Part shown: piece by piece, positions 1 through 10,194 of the stretch
Position numbering within the stretch: the first letter of the stretch is position 1
Layout of the letters: the number at the start of each line of letters is the position of its first letter
Source: Kiloniellales bacterium
Lineage (GTDB): Bacteria; Pseudomonadota; Alphaproteobacteria; Kiloniellales; JAKSBE01
DNA length: 58,576 nt
Direction of reading: 5' to 3'
Assembly (NCBI GenBank): GCA_028282935.1
Contig: JANQGU010000114.1
Location: 1 to 58,576, forward strand
Notes under the pieces: generated by a model
The model's database searches: none
Seen by the model: only the letters and a program-made list of their open reading frames with translations
What the model was told of the DNA's origin: nothing
Translations under genes and position numbers: made by a program

Positions 1-1229
1 CCTATCGCGGCGCCGGCCGCCCCGAGGCCTCCTATGCGATGGAGCGCCTGGTCGAGCTCGCCGCGCTCGAACTCGGCGTCGATCCGCTGGAGCTGCGCCG
101 CCGGAACTTCATCAGGCCGGAGGCCATGCCCTACACCACCGGCGTCGGCAGCGTCCTCGACTGCGGCAAGTTCGAGCGGGTCCTGGACCGGCTGCTGGAG
201 ACATCCGACCACGCCGGCTTCGCGGCGCGCCGGCGGGACTCGGAGGGCAGGGGGCGCCTGCGCGGGCGGGGCTTCGCCTGCTACTTCGAGGCGACCCTGG
301 GCCAGCCCAGCGAGAAGACCGAGGTCCGCTTCGAGGAGGACGGCGGCGTCACCGTGCTGGCCGGCACCATGTCCAACGGCCAGGGCCACGAGACCACCTA
401 CGCCCAGATCCTGCACCAGCGGCTGGGCCTGGACTTCGGCAGCATCCGCTTCCTCCAGGGCGACACCGGCGAGATCGCGGTCGGCGGCGGCCACGGCGGC
501 TCGCGCTCGATGCAGCTCGGCGGCAACGCCCTGCTCGCCGCCGCCGAGATCGTCGAGGAGAAGGCCAAGCGCCTGGCGGGTCACCTCCTGGAGGCCGCGC
601 CGGCCGACATCGAGCTGGCCGAGGGCGCCTGCCGGGTGGTCGGCACCGACCTCAAGATAAGCCTGCCCGACTTGGCCCGGATCGCCCGGGACCCGGCGCG
701 CCTGCCGGAGGGCATGGAGCTCGGGCTGGACGCCGTCGGCGGCTACGAGCGCGAGGCCAACACCTTTCCCAACGGCGCCCACGTCGCCGAGGTCGAGGTC
801 GACCCCGAGACCGGCGCCGTGCGACTGGCGGCCTACCACGTGGTCGACGACTTCGGGACCCTGCTCAACCCCATGATCACCGCCGGCCAGGTCCACGGCG
901 GCGTGGCCCAGGGGGTCGGGCAGGCCCTGATGGAGCGGACGGTCTTCGACCGTGAGAGCGGACAGCTCCTTTCCGGGTCCTTCATGGACTACTGCCTGCC
1001 CCGGGCCGACGACCTGCCGGATATCGAGGTCGCCTTCGAGCCGGTGCCGACCGAGACCAATCCCCTCGGGGTCAAGGGCTGCGGAGAGGCGGGCTGCATC
1101 GGCGCCCTCCCTGCCGTTATGAATGCAGTGGTTGCCGCCCTCCGGCCCTACGGAATCCGGCACCTGGACATGCCGGCCACGCCGGAGCGGGTCTGGCAGG
1201 CGATCCAGGCGGGTCGGGTCGAGAACTAG
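1..1229 (+). CDS. Xanthine dehydrogenase family / form II CoxL-like molybdopterin-binding large subunit (5' truncated by window)
   Basis: Frame is open from the window start and reads (A)YRGAGRPEA, the form II CoxL-type motif. Also has GQGHETTYAQI, GQVHGGVAQGVGQAL and NPLGVKGCGEAG. Confidence 0.9.
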   Translation, partial: YRGAGRPEASYAMERLVELAALELGVDPLELRRRNFIRPEAMPYTTGVGSVLDCGKFERVLDRLLETSDHAGFAARRRDSEGRGRLRGRGFACYFEATLGQPSEKTEVRFEEDGGVTVLAGTMSNGQGHETTYAQILHQRLGLDFGSIRFLQGDTGEIAVGGGHGGSRSMQLGGNALLAAAEIVEEKAKRLAGHLLEAAPADIELAEGACRVVGTDLKISLPDLARIARDPARLPEGMELGLDAVGGYEREANTFPNGAHVAEVEVDPETGAVRLAAYHVVDDFGTLLNPMITAGQVHGGVAQGVGQALMERTVFDRESGQLLSGSFMDYCLPRADDLPDIEVAFEPVPTETNPLGVKGCGEAGCIGALPAVMNAVVAALRPYGIRHLDMPATPERVWQAIQAGRVEN

Positions 1230-1554
1230 GAAATCTGGCCTATTAGGCCTTACGTCCCGAGACCGGGCTTACCGGGGCTCGGTAACATTCCGAAGGGAGA
1301 CTCTTCCCATGGAAGGCGTTAGAGTGCTTGCGTTCTATTGCAACTTCCGGGTATTGGCTGGGCCCGACAGCAGCTCTGGGAGCACCTTGTCGCGGAAGAC
1401 CTTTTTTCCGATCCTGCGCGGCTCCGTCCCAATCCGGATGGAGGCCGAGCCCATGACTCCAGCGCGCGGCGGAGGGGAAGCCTGACGATGGTCGGCGTGC
1501 AGCGCGGGAGCCCGGGGGCGCAGGGGACACCGTCAACTCAAGGGGGGACCTGCT

Positions 1555-3509
1555 TTGGCTCAGACACCGGGCCATAGGCAGCCGACGACGGCAACGACGG
1601 ATCAAGCGCCGGTGCGGCGGCTGAAGGCGACCATCATTGGGGACCTGGTCGGCTACAGCCGGTTGATCGAGAAGGACGATCTCGGCACGCTCGACCGGAT
1701 CGCCGTGCTGAAGCGCGACGTGATCCAGCCACAGCTCGAGGGCTTTCGGGCCTGGACCCGCTGGTCGGCGGGCGACCGGCTCCTGGCGCTCTTCGACAGC
1801 GTCGTCGACGCCGTGGAGTGCGCCTGCCGGATTCAGAGCGCCCTTGCGGCCAAGAACCGGGAGCTGCCCGACAACGAGGCCGTCCACATGCGGATCGGCA
1901 TCAGCTTCGGCGACGTCATCATGGAAGAGGACGACGCCGCCGGGGAAAGCGTCAACATCGCCGCCCGGCTGGAGGGCCACTGCGAGCCCGGCGGCCTCGC
2001 GATCTCGGAATCCGCCTACCTGGAAGTGCATCACAAGGTCCCGCTGGCCTACGAGGACTATGGCGAGCGCCGGCTCAAGAACCTGGCCGAGCCGGTCCGG
2101 GTCTATCGGGTCCGGGCCAGGGACATCGGACTGCGCAGCAGCTCGGAGGACTACTTCCGGGTCCGCGCCCGTCAGCGCTGGCGCCGTATGTTCGTCGCAC
2201 CGAGGCTGGCCTTCGCTTCGCTCGCGCTGCTGCTGGTCGGGGCCCTGGTCCTGGCGACGCAGTCCGGCGACCTCGGCCGCTTCTGGGCCTCCGGCGGGCG
2301 CAGCAGGACAACGCCATCGCCGTGCTGCCCTTCGAGAACCTCAACAGGGATCCGGCGCAGGACCACATCGCCCGCGGCATCGCGACCGATCTGATCATCG
2401 ATCTCTCCGGCGTCGAGGCGGCCTCCGTCGTCGCGCGCAGCTCCTCCTTCCGCTACGAGGGGCGGCCGGTCGACCTGCAGGAGGTCGCCGATCTGCTGGG
2501 CGTCAAGTACGTGGTCGACGGGACGGTGCTGCGGGTCGCGGACAACATCCGGGTCAACGTGTCCCTGATCGACGCCCGGTCCGAGCGCCAGGTCTGGGCC
2601 TCCCGCTTCGACGGCAACACGGCGGAGCTCTTCCAGTTCCAGAACCAGATGGCGACCAAGGTGCTGGAGGCGTTGAAGATCAACATCGCTCAGGTCGAGC
2701 CGCCGGTGCAGCGGCCGCCGCCCGACTTCGCCGTCACCGACGTCTTCTACGAGGCGCGGGAATCGTATTTCCGGGACGATCCGGGCCAGCTCGCGACCGC
2801 AAGGCGTCTGCTGGAGCAGATCCTGCAGGCCGATCCGGGCTTCAAGGCCGCGCACGCCTATCTGGCGGCGATCTTCTGGGCCGGCTTCGACGAGGAGTGG
2901 TTCTCGCGGCTCGGCCTGGACTCGCAGCAGAGCCTGGAGCTGGCCTGGCGGCACCTCGAGGCCTCCCTCGAAGATCCGCTGCCGCTGACCTATCAGGTCC
3001 AGGCGCGCATGCTGGCCTGGGAAGGCGACTTCGGCGCGGCCTTGCAGGCGGCCGAGAACGCCCTGCGTCTCGGTCCCAACGACCCGGTCGGCCGTCTGAC
3101 CATGGGCATGATGCTGATCTACACGGGCAAGCCCGAGGAAGCCTTGCGCTTTGTCGAACGCGCCGCGGGATCCGACCCGCTCAACCTCGGCGACTATCTG
3201 TTCTGGGAGGGCATGGCGCGCTACCTTGCGGGCGATTTTTCGGGGGCGGAGCGGGTGCTGAGACAATCGGTGGAGATCAACAAGACCGACGACTGGGGCC
3301 ATCTGATCCTGGCTGCGGTGCTCGGGCAGCAGGGCAAGGGCAGCGACGCCCAGCAAGCCCTGGAGGTCGTGCAGAGCCTGCGGCAAGACGCCGGCGCCTC
3401 GGTCTACGGCTTGCGCGACGTGAAGTATTGGCCGTTCCAGCGCGAGGCGGACGGTCGACGGCTTTGCGACGGCTTGGCCAAGGCGGGCCTGCCGGGGAGC
3501 TGCGAATGA
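1555..3509 (+). pseudogene. Class III adenylate/guanylate cyclase + TM + TolB-like + TPR protein, split by a frameshift near 2295 (or sequencing error)
   Basis: ORF 1555-2394 has the cyclase core (GDLVGYSRL, RIGISFGDV, VNIAARLE, LKNLAEPV) and a TM helix. ORF 1818-3509 continues with IAVLPFENL and TPR helices. One extra base at tccggcgggcgcag would join them. Confidence 0.75.
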
Positions 3510-4354
3510 GGGCCCTGCGCGCACTTCTGTCGGCTCTGCTGCTGGCGGCGGCCCTGCCGGGCCTCGCCGCTCCGGCCGGCGCCGCGGGTGCTCTCGACCG
3601 GGTCTTCGAGCGTGGCAAGATCGTGGTCGCGGTCAACGATGACTACGCGCCGCAGTCCTTCCGGGACGGCAGTGGCCGCTGGCAGGGCTTCGACGTCGCG
3701 GTGGCCAGCGAGATCGCAAAGCGCCTCGGGGTCGGGATCGAGTTCGTGGCGCCGCCCTGGGAGCTGGTGGTCTCCGGCCGCTGGCGCGAGCGCTGGGAGA
3801 TCGCGGTCAACTCGATGGCGGCGACCAAGCCGCGCGCCAAGAACCTTGACTTCGTGGTGGCCTACTATTTCGCGCCGGTCCGCGCCGCGGTCTTCAAGGA
3901 GGACCAGCGTCTGCGCAGCGTCGAAGACCTCCACGGCAAGGTGATCGGGGTCTGCACCGGCTGCAGCTACGAGAACTACGTGCTCGGCCGTCTCGATATC
4001 GTCCAGAGCTTCGATCCGCAGCCGGCCTTGGCCCTGCGCCAGGTCGAGGCCCGTGCCTTCGCCGACGAATGGGCCGCCGCCGAAGCCCTCGGGCCGGCGG
4101 CGGGCAGCGGCATCGACGCGGTGATCGCGTCGGAGCCGGTCCTGACCTCGATGATGAAGGACGACTACCCGATCCGCCTTCTGGAGGGTCAGGTCTTCAA
4201 CGAGCCCCTTGCCATCGCCGCCGAGAAGGGCGAGTTTGCCATGGTCGCGCGTCTGAAGGAGATCCTTCGGGAGATGCGCGGCGACGGCACGCTGAAACGG
4301 CTGTCGATGGAATGGTTCGGCACTGACTACAGCCAGCCGGCTCCCCTCCAATAG
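3506..4354 (+). CDS. Polar amino-acid ABC transporter substrate-binding protein (family 3)
   Basis: ATG at 3506 overlaps the upstream stop (ATGA). Signal peptide MRALRALLSALLLAAALP; motifs DYAPQSF, GFDVAVA and DGTLKRLSMEWFG. Confidence 0.88.
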   Translation: MRALRALLSALLLAAALPGLAAPAGAAGALDRVFERGKIVVAVNDDYAPQSFRDGSGRWQGFDVAVASEIAKRLGVGIEFVAPPWELVVSGRWRERWEIAVNSMAATKPRAKNLDFVVAYYFAPVRAAVFKEDQRLRSVEDLHGKVIGVCTGCSYENYVLGRLDIVQSFDPQPALALRQVEARAFADEWAAAEALGPAAGSGIDAVIASEPVLTSMMKDDYPIRLLEGQVFNEPLAIAAEKGEFAMVARLKEILREMRGDGTLKRLSMEWFGTDYSQPAPLQ

Positions 4355-4370
4355 TCCTGTCCAGGCGGCA

Positions 4371-5660
4371 ATGATCTCCGAGAAAGAGGTTTCGATCCCG
4401 GCGGTTCCGCTCGACCGCGAGGCCTTCGGCCAAGTCGAGCGCAGCCTCCGGCCACTGCTGGCCAACGACGCTTGGCCGCTGCGCTTCGCCGTGGCGCGGA
4501 GCGACAGCCAGTCCTTCCATTGCGAGATCGGCAGCTTGTCGCTGTCCGAGCTCGCGGCCGGCCGCCGGCCCGCCTCGATCTTCGAGTTCCGGCCCCGGCG
4601 GGCGCGGCGCGAGGACCGCTTCGTCACCGTCTTCCTGGTGCCGACCGGGATCGGCGCCGAGGTCGGCGGCCACTCCGGCGACGCCACGCCCGCGGCGCAG
4701 CTCCTGGCCGCGGCCAGCGACGTCCTGGTGACCCATCCCAATGTCCTGAACGCCGCCGACATCAACGAGATGTCGCCGGACATGCTCTACGTCGAGGGCA
4801 GCGTGATATCGCGGATGATGATGGGCGGGATCGGGCTGGTCCAGCCACGGGCCAACCGAATCCTGGCGGTGATCGGTCCGCACGAGGACCAGGTCTTCGT
4901 CGAGAGCGCGATCAATGTCTGCAATGCCGCCAGGGCCTCGGCCGGTATCGACGTGGTCAAGGCGGTGCTGCTGAAGGAGCCGCTGGAAATGGTCGCGAGC
5001 TACAGCGCGGGGGGACGGGCGGTCGGCTCGATCACCGGCTTCGGCGCTCTCTGCGACGCCATCGACGCCGAGCTCGGCAGCTTCGATGCCCTGGCCATCT
5101 CATCCCGGGTCATGGTCTCGCGGGAGCTGCACGACCGCTACTTCCACGACCTTGCCGTGGTCAATCCCTACGGCGGGGTGGAGGCCATGCTGACCCACGC
5201 CGTCTCCAGCCTCTACGACCTGCCCTCGGCCCATGCGCCGATGTACGAGGACTGGGAGACCTGGGACCAGAGCGCGGGGATCATGGACCCGCGGGTCGCC
5301 GCCGAGGGCATCTCGGTGCCCTTCTTCTTCTCGGTGCTCAAGGGCCTCAGGCGCAGCCCGCGCATCGTCGCGCTCGACACGGCCGGCCAGGCCCAGAGCG
5401 ACGCCCTGACCGTGGCCGACGTCGACTGCCTGGTCCTGCCCGAGGGCTGCCTGGGGTTGCCGGTCATGGCTGCCATCGCCCAGGGCATACCGGTGATCTT
5501 CGTGCGCGACCGCGAGAACCTGGCGCGCAACCCGGTCGCCGAGCTCGCCGGTCCGGACGCGGCCGTTCACCTGGCCGAGAACTACCTCGAGGCTGCCGGC
5601 ATGATCTCCGCCCTACGCGGCGGGGTCAGCCTCGACCGGCGGCCGATGCCCCTGGTCTGA
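4371..5660 (+). CDS. DUF3326-like protein
   Basis: VPTGIGAEVGGHSGDA, LVTHPNVLNAAD, GGVEAMLTH and PRVAAE recall DUF3326. Confidence 0.75.
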   Translation: MISEKEVSIPAVPLDREAFGQVERSLRPLLANDAWPLRFAVARSDSQSFHCEIGSLSLSELAAGRRPASIFEFRPRRARREDRFVTVFLVPTGIGAEVGGHSGDATPAAQLLAAASDVLVTHPNVLNAADINEMSPDMLYVEGSVISRMMMGGIGLVQPRANRILAVIGPHEDQVFVESAINVCNAARASAGIDVVKAVLLKEPLEMVASYSAGGRAVGSITGFGALCDAIDAELGSFDALAISSRVMVSRELHDRYFHDLAVVNPYGGVEAMLTHAVSSLYDLPSAHAPMYEDWETWDQSAGIMDPRVAAEGISVPFFFSVLKGLRRSPRIVALDTAGQAQSDALTVADVDCLVLPEGCLGLPVMAAIAQGIPVIFVRDRENLARNPVAELAGPDAAVHLAENYLEAAGMISALRGGVSLDRRPMPLV

Positions 5661-5704
5661 AGCTTCCCTGGCCTGAAGCTTCCCGGGCCTGAAGATTCCC
5701 GCCG
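5657..5704. repeat. Three tandem 16-bp imperfect direct repeats
   Basis: ctgaagcttccctggc / ctgaagcttcccgggc / ctgaagattcccgccg; the first overlaps the DUF3326 stop codon. Confidence 0.8.
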
Positions 5705-5721
5705 CGACCCGTCCCCTGGGT

Positions 5722-6186
5722 TCAGGGTTTCAGGACCTCGATCACCTTGGTCATGGATGCCTTGGTCCGCTGCGCGTCCTTGACGTAGGCGTCCAGGATC
5801 TCCTTGGCAATCTCGCCCGTGGAATCGTCGGGCGCGTTCTTGAAGCCGAGGCGGGTGGTCTTGGAAAGCCCGATCATGCCGTCCAGCATGTCGCGCTCCA
5901 GCCGGGCTTCCTGAAGCACCGCCTGATCCTGGCCGCTGCTCAGCTTCTGTTGCCAGTCGGCCACCAGGTCCTGGAGCTCCTGGAGCCGGTCCTGCCAGGT
6001 GTCGAACCACTCCTTTACCGAGGCGGGGCCGGCCGCGGCCCCTGCATCGGCCGCCGCCTTGAGGCAGACGGCCAGGAACTCCCGTTCCATTTCCAACGCG
6101 GCGACGAACTCGTCCCGACTCGCGAAGGGCGCCTTGACCTGAGGTTCCACGTCGCTGGGTTCTGCAGTCACGGTCTCGCTGTTCAT
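5722..6186 (-). CDS. Hypothetical helical protein (154 aa)
   Basis: Start chosen at MNSETVT; acidic, helical composition with plausible codon use. Confidence 0.65.
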   Translation of the reverse strand: MNSETVTAEPSDVEPQVKAPFASRDEFVAALEMEREFLAVCLKAAADAGAAAGPASVKEWFDTWQDRLQELQDLVADWQQKLSSGQDQAVLQEARLERDMLDGMIGLSKTTRLGFKNAPDDSTGEIAKEILDAYVKDAQRTKASMTKVIEVLKP

Positions 6187-6424
6187 TTTCTTTACCCCCG
6201 TACCAGAAGGAAGACCTCGACGGAGACCATAACTTCCGAATCTCCAAAGTAAAATCGCAATTGTCTGCGCCAAGCCTTGTCTCCAGCCGATTGGGAAGAC
6301 TGTCTTCCGGTCGGTTTTCCTGGGAATCGCGGCCGAGCGGCGGCAAGTATTGCTGCCTTTCGACGACGAGGGGGCTCGCAGGAACCGGCGGAGGGACCTA
6401 GATAACCAGTGGGGAGGTCACGGG

Positions 6425-7354
6425 ATGACACGAGGTAAAGGCCGCTTCAGCCGTCGTTCCCTGCTCGTATCGCTGGCCGCGCTCGGGCTTGCCGCCGCCG
6501 GGTCGCGCCGCGTCCTTGCCGGCGCCGGGCCCCTGACCCGGGCGATCCCGAGCAGCGGCGAGGTCTTGCCGGTGATCGGGATGGGATCCTGGATCACCTT
6601 CGACGTCGGCGGGGACCAGGCCGCGCGCGCCCAGCGGGCCGAGGTGCTGCGCGCCTTCTTCGGCGCCGGCGGCGCGATGATCGACTCTTCTCCCATGTAC
6701 GGAACCTCCGAAGAGGTCATCGGCGATGCGCTGGCGCGCCTCGACGACAAGGCGGCCCTGTTCTCGGCGACCAAGGTCTGGACCCCCTCGGCCCGGCGGG
6801 GCCCCGAGCAGATGGAGGAGTCGCGCCGGCTCTGGGACGTAGAGCGCTTCGACCTGCTGCAGGTCCACAACCTGGTGGAGTGGGAGGGGCACCTGGAGAC
6901 CCTGAAGGCCTGGAAGACGGCGGGGCGGGTCCGCTACCTCGGCATCACCACCTCGCACGGCCGCCGCCACGCCGCGCTGGAGCGGCTGATGAAGACGGAG
7001 CCCCTCGACTTCGTGCAGTTCACCTACAACCTGGTCGACCGCGAGGCGGAGCGGCGCCTGCTGCCCCTGGCGGCCGAGCGCGGCCTGGCGGTGATCGTAA
7101 ACCGGCCGTTCCGGCGCGGCGCGCTCTTCGACGCCTTCGCCCGCAAGCCGCTGCCGGCCTGGGCCTCCGAGTTCGACTGCGGCAACTGGGCGCAGTTCTT
7201 CCTCAAGTTCGTGGTCTCGCACCCGGCGGTGACCTGCGCCATCCCGGCGACCTCGCGGGTCGACCACATGCGCGAGAACATGGGCGCCGCCTACGGCCGC
7301 CTGCCGGACCCCGAGCTGCGCCAGCGCATGCTCCGCTACGTCGAAGACCTGTGA
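6425..7354 (+). CDS. Aldo/keto reductase with Tat-like signal
   Basis: GGGGAGG SD; SRRSLL twin-arginine; IDSSPMYG, ATKVW, DLLQVHNL and IPATS motifs. Confidence 0.9.
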   Translation: MTRGKGRFSRRSLLVSLAALGLAAAGSRRVLAGAGPLTRAIPSSGEVLPVIGMGSWITFDVGGDQAARAQRAEVLRAFFGAGGAMIDSSPMYGTSEEVIGDALARLDDKAALFSATKVWTPSARRGPEQMEESRRLWDVERFDLLQVHNLVEWEGHLETLKAWKTAGRVRYLGITTSHGRRHAALERLMKTEPLDFVQFTYNLVDREAERRLLPLAAERGLAVIVNRPFRRGALFDAFARKPLPAWASEFDCGNWAQFFLKFVVSHPAVTCAIPATSRVDHMRENMGAAYGRLPDPELRQRMLRYVEDL

Positions 7355-7368
7355 GGCCGGAGGACAGG

Positions 7369-7854
7369 ATGACCGGCGCTTCGGATCGCCAAGGCCTGCA
7401 GCCCAGTTTCCTCTGGTACCGCTTTGCCGAGCTGGGCGTCGAGCGGCTCTACGATCTGCTGCGCTTGCGCTTCGAGGTCTTCGTCATCGAGCAGGCCTGC
7501 CTCTATCGCGAGCTGGACGGCTGCGACCAGCAGGCGCTCCATCTCCTGGCGGCCGCGCCCGGGGACGGGAGGTTGCTGGGCTACCTGCGGGTCCTGCCGC
7601 CCGCCGCCGGGCGCCCCGAGGCCTCGATCGGGCGGGTGGTGGTCGAGCCGGAGGCGCGAGGCCGGGGCCTCGGATCGGAGCTGCTGCGCCAGGCGCTGGC
7701 CGGGATCGAGGACCGTTTCGGCGCGGTCCCGGTCTCCCTCGCGGCGCAGAGCCACCTCGAGACCTACTACGAGGACTTCGGCTTCGAAGTGGTCTCGGAG
7801 GAGTACCTGGACGAGGGCGAGGTGCCGCACATCGACATGCGGCGCAGCCCTTAG
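7369..7854 (+). CDS. elaA: ElaA-family GNAT acetyltransferase
   Basis: LYDLLRLRFEVFVIEQACLYRELDG, IGRVVV, ARGRGLG, AQSHLETYY and PHIDM. Confidence 0.88.
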   Translation: MTGASDRQGLQPSFLWYRFAELGVERLYDLLRLRFEVFVIEQACLYRELDGCDQQALHLLAAAPGDGRLLGYLRVLPPAAGRPEASIGRVVVEPEARGRGLGSELLRQALAGIEDRFGAVPVSLAAQSHLETYYEDFGFEVVSEEYLDEGEVPHIDMRRSP

Positions 7855-7867
7855 TCGGCGCTATCGA

Positions 7868-8374
7868 TCACCCGGCTTCGGCCGTCACTTCGACCGGCGG
7901 GCCGGACTTCAAGGTCTGGTAGACGACGCAGTAACGCTCGGTCAGCTTCATCAGGGTCGCGAGCTGTTCCTCGCTCAGGTCGCCGTCGATGTCGAAGGCG
8001 AGGCGGATGGCACGGAAGCCGACCGGCGCTTCGCGGTCGACGCCCAGGGTGCCGCGGAAGTCGAGGTCGCCCTCGGCCTTCACGGTCGCGTCGCGCAACG
8101 GCAGCTCCAGCGCCGTCGCCACCGCATTGAGGGTGACGCCCGCGCAGGCGACCAGGGCCTCCAGCAGCATGTCGCCGGAGCAGGCGTGGACCCCGCTGCC
8201 GCCGGTCGCCGGATGCAGGCCGGCCTCGATCAGCGCCCGGCCGGTATCGACCTTGCAGGTGACGCCCTGGCCCATCCGGCCCTCGGCCTTGAGGGTGACC
8301 ACCGCGGCCTCGGGGTCGTCCCGGTACTTCGCCTTGATCGGGGCCTGGGTCTCTTTCAGCTCTGCGGCGTCCAT
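7868..8374 (-). CDS. OsmC/Ohr family protein
   Basis: AGLHPATGG, CSGDMLLEALVACAGVT, EGDLDFRGTLGV and TERYCVVYQTL; start at MDAAELK after GAGG. Confidence 0.9.
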   Translation of the reverse strand: MDAAELKETQAPIKAKYRDDPEAAVVTLKAEGRMGQGVTCKVDTGRALIEAGLHPATGGSGVHACSGDMLLEALVACAGVTLNAVATALELPLRDATVKAEGDLDFRGTLGVDREAPVGFRAIRLAFDIDGDLSEEQLATLMKLTERYCVVYQTLKSGPPVEVTAEAG

Positions 8375-8651
8375 GCCTGCCTCCTCTGCTTCGGGCGCCG
8401 GCGTCGTCCCGGCCTTGCCGGGGCCGATGATGTGGCGTGCCTGGCACCGAGGCAAGGACCGATGAGCCGGCCGGGCGCCGCCGCGAAGCGCAGCGACGCG
8501 GGTCCGGCAAGATCGGGAGGCGCGGCACGGCCACACCCGACAGCCTGCGGGCGGTCGGGTGCGGTGTCGAGCGTCAGATGACGGGGCGCTTGAGAGGCTC
8601 TCCAGGATCGGTGCCGCAGGGCGGTGGCCCCCCAAGGCCCTCACGCTGGCG

Positions 8652-9668
8652 TCACTTCCAGTTCTCCTCCACCCAGCCGCAAACCTCCCGCCAGGCCTCC
8701 GTCTTCATGTATTCGCTCGTCCGCTCTTCGAGTTCGGCGACGTGCTCGTAGTCGTCGAGCGGGTAGGGTGCGTCGAGCGACACGTTGCCCCGGCAGAATG
8801 CCTCGCCCAGCAGCTTCTCGGCCTCGGCGGTGGCGCTGGTGGCCGTCGCGTCGAACATCAGGCTGACCAGCGCCATGCTCGGCACGTGCTCGCCCCACTT
8901 GCTCGGCCAAAGCCAGTTCTTCGCGCCCCAGCTCAGCGGCTTGTACTTCTGGAAGAGGGCGGGCGGGACGCCCTGGGGGTCATGTCCGGTGCCCAGAGAC
9001 AGGACGCGGATGTCCGAAAGGCCGTCGGCGAGCCCGCCGCCGATCACCTCGCTGACCGCGGTCATGGTTGGGTTGTTGGCGAAGAGGCCGCCGTCGACGA
9101 AGTACCCCAGCTCGTCCGATACCTCGTGCGGTGGAAAGTAGGTCGGGGCCGCGGAGGTCGCGAGCGCCGCGTCGACCATGCTCACGTTTCGGAAGCGGTT
9201 GTCGGGGAGGCTGGAGAGGGTGCAGGATCGCCAGGACAGCGTGTAGCCGTCCCATAGCTGGGCGGCGTTCACGATGACGATCTTATCGGAGTCCCGGAGC
9301 CGGTCGTCTCCGAGAAGCTCCTCGGCCAGCTTCTTCAGGCCGTCGGCCTTGTACTGGCAGGACCAGATGCCCGGGCCGGCCAGCAGCTCTTCCTCTTCCT
9401 CGCTGGGCTCGACTTGATCCGCTGTCTCCGCGAACACGCCGTTCGGCGTGAAGATCTCCGCTCCCTTCGTCTTGTAGATTTCCACGATCTCGTCGATCGG
9501 CTTCTCTCGGGCGAGACCCAGGGCGATCAGCCCACCGGTGGAGGTGCCGGCGAAGCCCTTCGCCTTGCCGATGAAGCCCGGGAAGGTGTCGTGCAGGTTC
9601 TGGATCAGAAGGGCGGTGATCAGGCCGCGGATCCCGCCGCCGTCGCAGCACAAGATGTTATGGGTCAT
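8652..9668 (-). CDS. Patatin-like phospholipase
   Basis: DGGGIRG oxyanion loop, GTSTG nucleophile, ATSAAPTYF and DGG catalytic Asp; GGAG SD. Confidence 0.93.
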   Translation of the reverse strand: MTHNILCCDGGGIRGLITALLIQNLHDTFPGFIGKAKGFAGTSTGGLIALGLAREKPIDEIVEIYKTKGAEIFTPNGVFAETADQVEPSEEEEELLAGPGIWSCQYKADGLKKLAEELLGDDRLRDSDKIVIVNAAQLWDGYTLSWRSCTLSSLPDNRFRNVSMVDAALATSAAPTYFPPHEVSDELGYFVDGGLFANNPTMTAVSEVIGGGLADGLSDIRVLSLGTGHDPQGVPPALFQKYKPLSWGAKNWLWPSKWGEHVPSMALVSLMFDATATSATAEAEKLLGEAFCRGNVSLDAPYPLDDYEHVAELEERTSEYMKTEAWREVCGWVEENWK

Positions 9669-9737
9669 TTCTTTCTCCTCTGGAGCCTGATCGCTTCACA
9701 CCGGCTGGGCATGAAGGATGAGCCAGCCTCCTGTTCG

Positions 9738-9848
9738 TCAGGACAGGTCAGATTTCACGGCGCAGGCCGGCTCGACCTGCGCCGATCTTGATCCAGGCCA
9801 GCCGCGGTGGATCGGGCGCCGCGGCCGGCCAACCTCGATGTGTCGCAT
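9738..9848 (-). CDS. Possible small precursor-like peptide MRHIEVGRPRRPIHRGWPGSRSAQVEPACAVKSDLS (36 aa)
   Basis: Translated by hand. Contains RRPIHR and QVEPA, resembling neighbouring precursors, but the SD is poorly spaced. Confidence 0.3.
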   Translation of the reverse strand: MRHIEVGRPRRPIHRGWPGSRSAQVEPACAVKSDLS

Positions 9849-9886
9849 TCCTGGTTCGGTTCGTTCGCCCACCGGGACCGGCAAAC

Positions 9887-10141
9887 TCAGAGTCCCCAAA
9901 GCCGCCGCTGGCCGGAGTAGGGCTGAGAGAAGGTTTCCCGAGCGACCGGGTCCGCCAAGACCCTGACCGCTATGTTGGGCTTCACGTAGCGGGGCGGAGC
10001 GCCGAAGGCGAAGGGCTTGGGGTCGACGCCCGTCCCCTGCGGCGGCCTGCGCACGGGTTCGGCGCCCGATGGCGTTGCGTCCGAGGGCCTCGGCGGGGAG
10101 CCGGGCTGCGGGCCGTTCGTGTTTCCTGGTTGCTCTGGCAT
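9887..10141 (-). CDS. Small protein (84 aa), possibly PatC-like accessory
   Basis: Co-oriented in the protease locus. The C-terminus GQRRLWGL recalls the RRGRIWA end of PatC/TenC/TruC proteins. Confidence 0.5.
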   Translation of the reverse strand: MPEQPGNTNGPQPGSPPRPSDATPSGAEPVRRPPQGTGVDPKPFAFGAPPRYVKPNIAVRVLADPVARETFSQPYSGQRRLWGL

Positions 10142-10194
10142 GGTCCTGGGCCTTTCTTCTGAATGGCGGTTGTCAATGGCTCGCTTGCTGCGGG

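Noticed and set aside
1-1229. Bona fide (form I) CO dehydrogenase
   Set aside because: The motif is AYRGAGR, not AYxCSFR.
9665-9712. 15-aa ORF MPSRCEAIRLQRRKK overlapping the patatin start
   Set aside because: The AGGAGG is about 14 nt from the ATG, and there is no leader motif or other support.
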